Below are positions 19,258-20,866 of a stretch of DNA of 20,866 bases, piece by piece. The notes beneath the pieces are model-generated. The model was given only the letters and a program-made list of their open reading frames with translations. It had not been told where the DNA came from and made no database searches. The stretch comes from Octopus sinensis (lineage: Eukaryota), in assembly GCF_006345805.1 (NCBI RefSeq), contig NW_021823882.1, positions 1-20,866 of the forward strand, given 5' to 3'. Both the position numbers and the translations under genes were made by a program. Numbering within the stretch: position 1 is the first letter of the stretch; each line of letters starts with the position of its first letter.

Positions 19258-19790
19258 TTCTTTTATTTGTATCAATCATTGAACTGCGACTATGCTAAGG
19301 CAGCGCCATGACAGGTTTTCGCCGAACAAATCGATTTTAGTACTTATTTGACAAGTGTGGCACTTACTCTTTCGGTTTCTTTTGCTGGACCGCTAGATTA
19401 CGGAGATGTAAGCAAACAGACACCGGTTGTCAAGCGGTGGCGCGTAGACAGACACGAAAACGAATATGCACACGCATACATACATGCATGCATACATGCA
19501 CATGCTTACATATATACATGCATGCATGCATGCATCCATTCATCCATCCATCCATCCATCCATACATACATACATGCATACATACATACATACATACATA
19601 CATACATACATACATACATACATACATACTATATGCATACATACGTGAAAACTTCCACGTAGTTTTCACTTTCTAAATTCCCTCATCAAGCCTTGACCGA
19701 GTGAATTTGGCAAGGTACCGCAGTGTGGAGTTGAACCTGAAATCTCGTGGTTGCAAAACGAGGTTCTTAGCTACGCAACTATGCCTGTGT
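19258..19790 (-). mobile_element. SINE-D, diverged, with internal (CATA/CATC)n expansion
   Basis: gaacaaatcga, ccgctagattacggagatgtaagcaaacagacaccggttgtcaagcg match 4727-4840; head remnant gtggagttgaacctgaaatctcgtggttg at 19725-19753. Confidence 0.75.
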
Positions 19791-19865
19791 CTATAATTTA
19801 ATACATAGCGCATTCAGTGTAACTGTTTTGTTGTTGGTGCTGCGGTTTAGACCCAGGTCGGGCTT

Positions 19866-19911
19866 GTGGAGGCGCGTCACTTAATAGTTAGGGTGTCGGA
19901 CCCATGATCGA
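19866..19911 (+). mobile_element. SINE-B head fragment
   Basis: gtggaggcgcgtcacttaatagttagggtgtcggacccatgatcg resembles the heads at 5644 and 6539. Confidence 0.6.
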
Positions 19912-20018
19912 ATGCGGTCCTTGCATTTTAACCCATTGAAGAATACAACAGTGTGTCCATAATTACAGACAATATATAAGATGTAAATTGAGGAAAATGA
20001 AGTTGTTGCCTCTCTCAA

Positions 20019-20071
20019 TTTATTATTATTATTATTATATTATTATATTATTATTATTATTATTATTATTA

Positions 20072-20105
<34 letters not shown>

Positions 20106-20866
20106 TAGTTTTATTTTTATAGCGTGCTTTCACTTCACTACCGAGCGCAGCTCTGTGTGCCTTAGGTATGTGCTGTGATTTGTTGTGATGCTCTGATGGT
20201 TATTGTATGGAAAGTGTTCTGCGTAGGTGTGTGCAGTGCTAGTAGTGCAATTTTCTGTATGTTATATGTGTTTGTATCCTGGTGTTTTGTTATGTATTTG
20301 TCTGAATATTTTTTTATCATGCTTAATGCACCTACTATGATAGGAATTGTTTCTGTTTTTAGAATCCACATTATGGTTACCTCTATTTCCAGGTCTTTGT
20401 ATTTTGAAAGTTTCTCCATTTCTTTTAGAGACACGTTGTCATCTGCCGGTATGATACATCAATTAGAAAGCATTTTTTTTTCATGATCTCTGACAACTGT
20501 ATCTGGTCTGTTGGCCTTAATTTCTCTATCTGTGTGTATCGGCATATCCCAGAGTATGGTTGCTTTCTCGTTTTCTGTGACCTTGTCTGGTGTGTGCCTA
20601 TACCATCTTTTTTCTGTTGTTATTCCATAATGTTGGCATAGCTTCCAGTGTATGTAGGTTCCAACTCTATCATGACTGTGAATATATTCCTTCTTAGCCA
20701 GAACTGGGCAGCCAGAGATAATATGATTTATTGTTTCTTATCCATCTCCACATTCTCTGCAGTTACTTGTTATATTTCTTTTCATTAAATGTTTTTGGTA
20801 ATTTCTGGTGGGGAGGCTTTGGTCTTGTGCTGCAATTAAAAATCCTTCTGTCTCTGCTTTGAGTCC
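20019..20866 (-). mobile_element. R4/Dong-like RLE non-LTR retrotransposon, 3' end, with (TAA)n tail; inactivated
   Basis: Minus translation from the window end: GLKAETEGFLIAAQDQSLPTRNY..CRECGDG*ETINHIISGCPVLAKKEYIHSHDRVGTYIHWKLC..ILWDMPIHTDREIKANRPDTVV..(FLIDVS)IPADDNVSLKEMEKLSKYKDLEIEV.MW..PIIVGAL..QKIALL. CCHC knuckle plus PD-(D/E)xK restriction-like endonuclease; in-frame stop at 20738-20740; compensating +1/-1 frameshifts at about 20481-20452; original stop at 20200-20202; 3' UTR then TAA tail at 20019-20102. Confidence 0.9.

Noticed and set aside
229-19676. Most ORFs in the supplied track (YIHT, VCMY, YLSI, IYIY, poly-D/M/H/I/S runs)
   Set aside because: They are translations of (CATA)n, (TATC)n, (TA)n and trinucleotide microsatellites, often open on both strands, with no coding signal.

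Overview
AT-rich eukaryotic DNA. I found no intact protein-coding gene, rRNA, functional tRNA or CRISPR array. The window reads as a repeat-saturated intron or intergenic region. The SINE families match ones I recall from octopus (coleoid cephalopod) genomes; this is recognition from memory, not a database result. Contents: about 25 copies or fragments of tRNA-derived SINEs, labelled A-D here as working names, including multimeric, tandem and nested copies. There are four decayed non-LTR retrotransposon fragments (two R4/Dong-like RLE types, one RTE-like, one possible I-group), a Helitron/HINE-like non-autonomous element, an element with a degenerate hammerhead-like fold, a local tandem duplication and many microsatellites. 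Nearly all ORFs in the supplied track are microsatellite or SINE artefacts. The best leads are a stand-alone 52-bp hairpin (11955-12079), the hammerhead-like element with an inverted tail copy (9560-9993), a tRNA-derived palindrome (17698-17907), an inverted multimeric SINE cluster (640-1835) and a weak signal-peptide-like sORF (14552-14785, minus). The sequence alone does not support a new multi-gene system. Repeat boundaries are approximate (about +/-10 bp) unless stated as exact.
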